Below, one piece after another: positions 49,136 through 64,000 of a stretch of 64,000 bases of DNA. The translations under genes and the position numbers were made by a program. The notes beneath the pieces are model-generated. The model saw only the letters and a list, made by a program, of their open reading frames with translations. It did no database searches and had not been told where the DNA came from. The stretch lies in assembly GCF_018977255.1 (NCBI RefSeq), contig NW_024704742.1, positions 98,086,001 through 98,150,000 of the forward strand, in the 5' to 3' direction. Source of the DNA: Callorhinchus milii. Lineage: Eukaryota. Every line of letters begins with the position of its first letter. Within the stretch, counting starts at the first letter, position 1.

Positions 49136-52080
49136 TGTGCTATAGGAATGTATCTCTCAAAGATTAGCGATAAAGTATGTATTCCACATTAAAGGTTGCA
49201 AATGTTTCTATCCTTCGTGCTTCACACAAGTATCTCCACCAGATTATTCTGAAGCATCACTCGGAATTGGTTTGAACTTCATGTTTCATGTGAAAAAAAT
49301 TGTCAAAGGTTATTCTGAATAGAGAACGATACACAAAACAGAAGAGTTCCCTGAGCAATAAAGTGAGGAAACACAAAGCAAAATGAGAAAGGGTGGAGTT
49401 GGGCGGTGAGACTGCTACACTGTGAGCATGGCTTGCGTCTGACTGGAGAATTGTTGGATCAAAACTAAAATGGATTTCCTTGGAAAAGTGCAATGAAGCT
49501 CAGGTACATTTGGCAAGCTCATAGGACATGATTGTCAATCACAAGCAGACTATAAAAAAGCTATTGCATCTATCAATTGCTGGATCCCAGTAAAACTATC
49601 TCCGAGCTTCTTTTCATTCTTGATGAGAACAATGCCAATAGGAAGAGTTGTATCCAGACCACAACGATCCACCTCTCCAAAGAGGGTGGCAGCTTTCCTC
49701 TCCATGTTGACTATCAATATTCTCAACAAGTGCGGTGCTAGTTCCAAATCCCACTGGATTTTATCCAGTTTCTATATTGTGTGGCTGGCACCATTCCAGA
49801 AAACAACAGGAATAAAATGCCTGAATCGGGTACTTCCTCCCCCCTCTCCCCTCCCCTCCTCCCAACCCAATAATGGAGCAAAGGTGCTGCTGAGAAAGAG
49901 CAATGCTAACTGACAAAGCTAGTGAAGCCACCCCCTCTCCCGCTCCATTTTGTCTCTCTATCAATTCGCTATTTACCAAGAGAAACTACGCACACGAATA
50001 ACAGTGAGACCATCTCAAGCTGGAGTTTTATCGGCTGAATTGCACTCACTTTCTCTCCCTCTCGCATTGTCCCCTTTTCTTCTTTCTTTTAATTGTTTGA
50101 TCAACATCTTATTGCTTTGGGAAACCTATCTTGTTTGAAAAAAGCGTCACCCAAGGACTTGCATGGATGAGTATTTTGCCTCTGATTTGGTATCCAGGTG
50201 GGATTTTCACCATGAGGTATAATTTGTGATATTCTTCAGAGAGATGGGAAGCACAAATGTGAACCTCCACAGTAAGCCTGCGAGGTTTGGGAATTACGAG
50301 AGCTGAAGTGTGAAAAAAAGTCCACCCGGAAAACAAAATGGATAGCTGCATACAGATGAGGTTTTGTTCTCTGGACTTTATTTTGCACTTTGGTAGCTTT
50401 CAGAATTCACAGTTAGTGCTTCCCATGCCTTTGCAAGTCATGCAAATTAAACTCCAATGAGAAATTAAAAAGGCCGCAATTAACCAATGATTTGCTGGAA
50501 CATTTCAATGCCAATCAGTGCCCACACTCAAAATCCAGTGCAGAATGCTGAAGTCGCATTTCTCTAATGAAGACAATACTCACATCAATTGGCCTTCATA
50601 GACTAGTAACGTTATACATCTCACAAAATACGTAGCTCTCCTCGTGTTATTTGCAAATGCTCTGACATTTCATAGAGTCTTCCTAAAGTTTACATTTACA
50701 GCCATGAGAAAAGTCTGATCCAGTGTTGCAATGTGGCCATTCCTTACAGGACAAACTTACAGACACAACACCTGTTTGCTCAGAAATCTATTAGATTCAC
50801 AAACGTTTGCTTAAACATTAGGCCATCGCGCAAAGCAGTTGTCATAAGAACACATTTCTGATTGAAATGAGATTGCAATATGGAATAGTTTTTTTAAAAT
50901 AGAAAGGTATTAATTATTTTCATGGCTCAAATTCAAATTTGGGTTAGTAGCATTGGCTAGCCTTAGAAAAAAATGAATGTGAAAAAATCCTGGATTGACT
51001 TAATTTCTATGCATATGAATTTAGCCTAAGTACACTCGTGAAATGAACCCCGTCTCCCTGGGTGTTTCAAACAACATTAGACTGTAGACTGGAGCAGGAC
51101 CTTGTTCATGAAGTCTGTAAGAAGGCTATAATAAAATTAAGCACATGGAATGGTAGCAACTGACCGCTCACATCTCTAAACTCTTTTACCACACATCAAT
51201 ACCAGCATCTGCCTGAATCTATCCAATACACAAACTATTACTTCTATTTTGTAAAAAAAACAGGACCATTAAAGCTTCCATTACAAGGTTTTGGAACAGA
51301 AAGTATTCTGAGGTTGTCGCTGCAGCTAAAAGGCCAAATATTGTATTTTTTACTTTTTTGTCATTCTGTGCAACTTTCTACATAAAAATATAGTTTAATG
51401 TGGAAAACTAGTGCTTTTTTTTCTAGAATTTACATTTATAGGAGTCCTCAAGCAACAAATCCCTAAAACACCTCTTTACATATAATATCCTAGTGTCCAC
51501 ACTCAATTTCTGAACAATCCAGACAAGGCTTTTCTTTATACTGTAACCTATTCTCTCCGATACCCTTTTCCCAACATATATTATTGTACTTATACATATA
51601 TTGGAAATGTCAATTCTTTATAAACACCTAAAAATTGCAAGACATGTAAAACTAACAAAAATAAAACAGAAAAAAAAACATAGAAATAGTTAAGCCTACT
51701 AGGCCCAAATTCTTTTAAATTATCTCCAAGCCACGAACAGAAGGAATAATACTGTGAAATCACGGTTCTGTTCTAGTTTATATGTACATTTACCACATTA
51801 CCAGCATCCGATTGCTAAAACGTACCCCCAAAACAGATAAAAGTATAACGTCTTAACTTTTGTACAGTTCTGCCCAGTTCCGCAAAGCCCCCCCACCCCA
51901 CCCCTGGTCAGGTGCAGTATTTACATTCTTAATCTGTAACGGTGAAAAAGAATCTATTAAGTGCAGGACATTCCTAGTGTTGCAGTAGTGATTTTTTTTA
52001 AGTCTTGAATTTGCACTTTCTTGCATTTGTCTGAAGAGTGCGCTTTACTGAGAGGTGGCTTGGTGCACCTGCCATAGCCG

Positions 52081-62568
<10,488 letters not shown>

Positions 62569-62949
62569 CTGCGGACAAAACAGTGCAAGACCGATTTACT
62601 GAGCAGGCAAACAACGCTGGGAATTGAAACAAAACCATCTGCCGAATCTGCAACCTTTACCTCGATGTATCACAGCACAGAATCTATAGGAATTGTGACT
62701 TTAACACTAAGAAAAGTAATCATGCATTGTGATAACTATTGATGTTGAAATGAATACAATTTAGTGGAATTCTTCTTCATTGTTGCTAAAAAAATCTGGC
62801 TTTTCTTTTTCCTCCAATATTCCCCCCCACCCACCCCCCAAAGGTATCTGATATTTTTTTCTCAACTGTTCTTTAAAGCAACATCTGTGCTTTGACCCGT
62901 TCAGCTTTCCCCCATCTCCTCATCTGGCACTAATTCTCCCCTTGGACCA

Positions 62950-63890
62950 CTGAGACCCTTTCTATGCTTTCATCATGTTAAGACTCGTTTATGTCAAATC
63001 TCTGCTCACTGAACTTCCCAATTCTTCCATCTACAAACTGCCGACCATTCATATCTCTGCAGCTCATCTCCTCTCCATTACTAGGCTCTGCATACCTGTC
63101 ACCTCCACACTTCCAACGGCTTCCCCAACTTCTCCCTCTACAGGCTGCAGATCATGCAGAACTCTGCAGCTCATGTCCTCTCCCGCACTAGGCTCCATGA
63201 CCCTATCATCCCCATCCTCGCCCAACTCCACTGGCTTTCCATCACACAGAGGATACAGTTCAAGATCCTGGTCCTCATGGTCAAAGCCCTCCACGGTCTC
63301 ACTCCCCCCTATCTCTGCAAGCTCCTAACCCCCTACCAACCTGCTTGCTCCCTCCCCTCAGCGGGCTCCAGCCTGCTTCATGTCCCCCGCCTTGCTCATC
63401 CCACTACTGGCGGGCGGGCCTTCTGCCACTCTGCCCCCACCCTCTGGAACTCCATCCCGCAGTCGCTCCGCCTCGCCCCCTCCCTTGCCACCTTCAAAAC
63501 CCATCTCAAGACCCTAGTCTTTGACTGTGCTTTCGATCTCCCTGCTTCCCCCCCTGCCCTTCACCCTCCCAACCCCGACCCTCAGCTTGATACGTAACTG
63601 TCTGTCTAGCGCCTTGGGACGTCCTCCCAATGTGAAAGGTGAACAATAACAACAAAATATAATCTTGTTGTTCCCATTCCCAGAGGATTAAGTTCAGAAT
63701 CCTCCTCACTTTTAAATCCCCCCACGTCTTGCCCCACCCCACATCTATGACCTTCTTAATCCCTAGCAAACCGCCCACTCCCTCTGCTTAACTGGCACTG
63801 GCCTGCTTTATGCTCCCCGCCCTGTCCGGCCCACCATTGGCAGTCAGGTCTTCAGCCTTTCTGCCCCCACTCTTTGAAATGCCATCCCTT
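62950..63890 (+). mobile_element. Tandem or nested L2 3' fragments
   Basis: MQNSAAHVLSRTR...LHWLSI..RIQFKIL...GGRAFCHSAPTLWNSIP. Confidence 0.85.
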
Positions 63891-64000
63891 CCTTTTGGGC
63901 TTATAAATTACTGCAATAGGAATTTAAAGAGTTAAAAAATAATGTTAGCAAATGTTGTTTCTGATCTGCTCTGTACAGTGAGTTCTGGTCTCCAGGTCGT

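Larger units (their letters stand above)
39890..52080 (-). other. RORB: Putative long RORB 3'UTR (extent inferred)
   Basis: AT-rich, repeat-poor blocks, several minus-strand TGTAHATA motifs, minus-strand AATAAA at 39890-39895. Confidence 0.4.

Overview
Vertebrate genomic DNA, most likely from a cartilaginous fish (inferred from the repeat landscape; a holocephalan such as elephant shark is plausible but not provable here). It holds the 3' parts of two convergent (tail-to-tail) genes. TRPM6 (Mg2+ channel-alpha-kinase) is on the + strand: 27 coding exons from 517 to the stop at 37526, spliced by hand into one open frame of 1556 codons plus stop. RORB (nuclear receptor ROR-beta; hinge and ligand-binding domain) is on the - strand: 7 coding exons from 62568 down to the stop at 52081. 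The 5' ends of both genes lie outside the window. Introns and the intergenic/3'UTR region carry a young tRNA-derived SINE, older Deu-domain SINEs, L2 and CR1 LINE fragments and Penelope-like fragments. The most notable observations are decayed hammerhead-ribozyme motifs in two Penelope-like insertions (one with a perfect 15-bp target-site duplication), a perfect 123-bp local duplication within a SINE/CR1 junction, two interleaved inverted-repeat pairs around the first TRPM6 kinase exon, a 23-nt microexon, a rare GAG splice acceptor, and signs of a ~12-kb RORB 3'UTR. No prokaryotic-type system is present. All homology comparisons are from memory of the protein and repeat families, not from searches.
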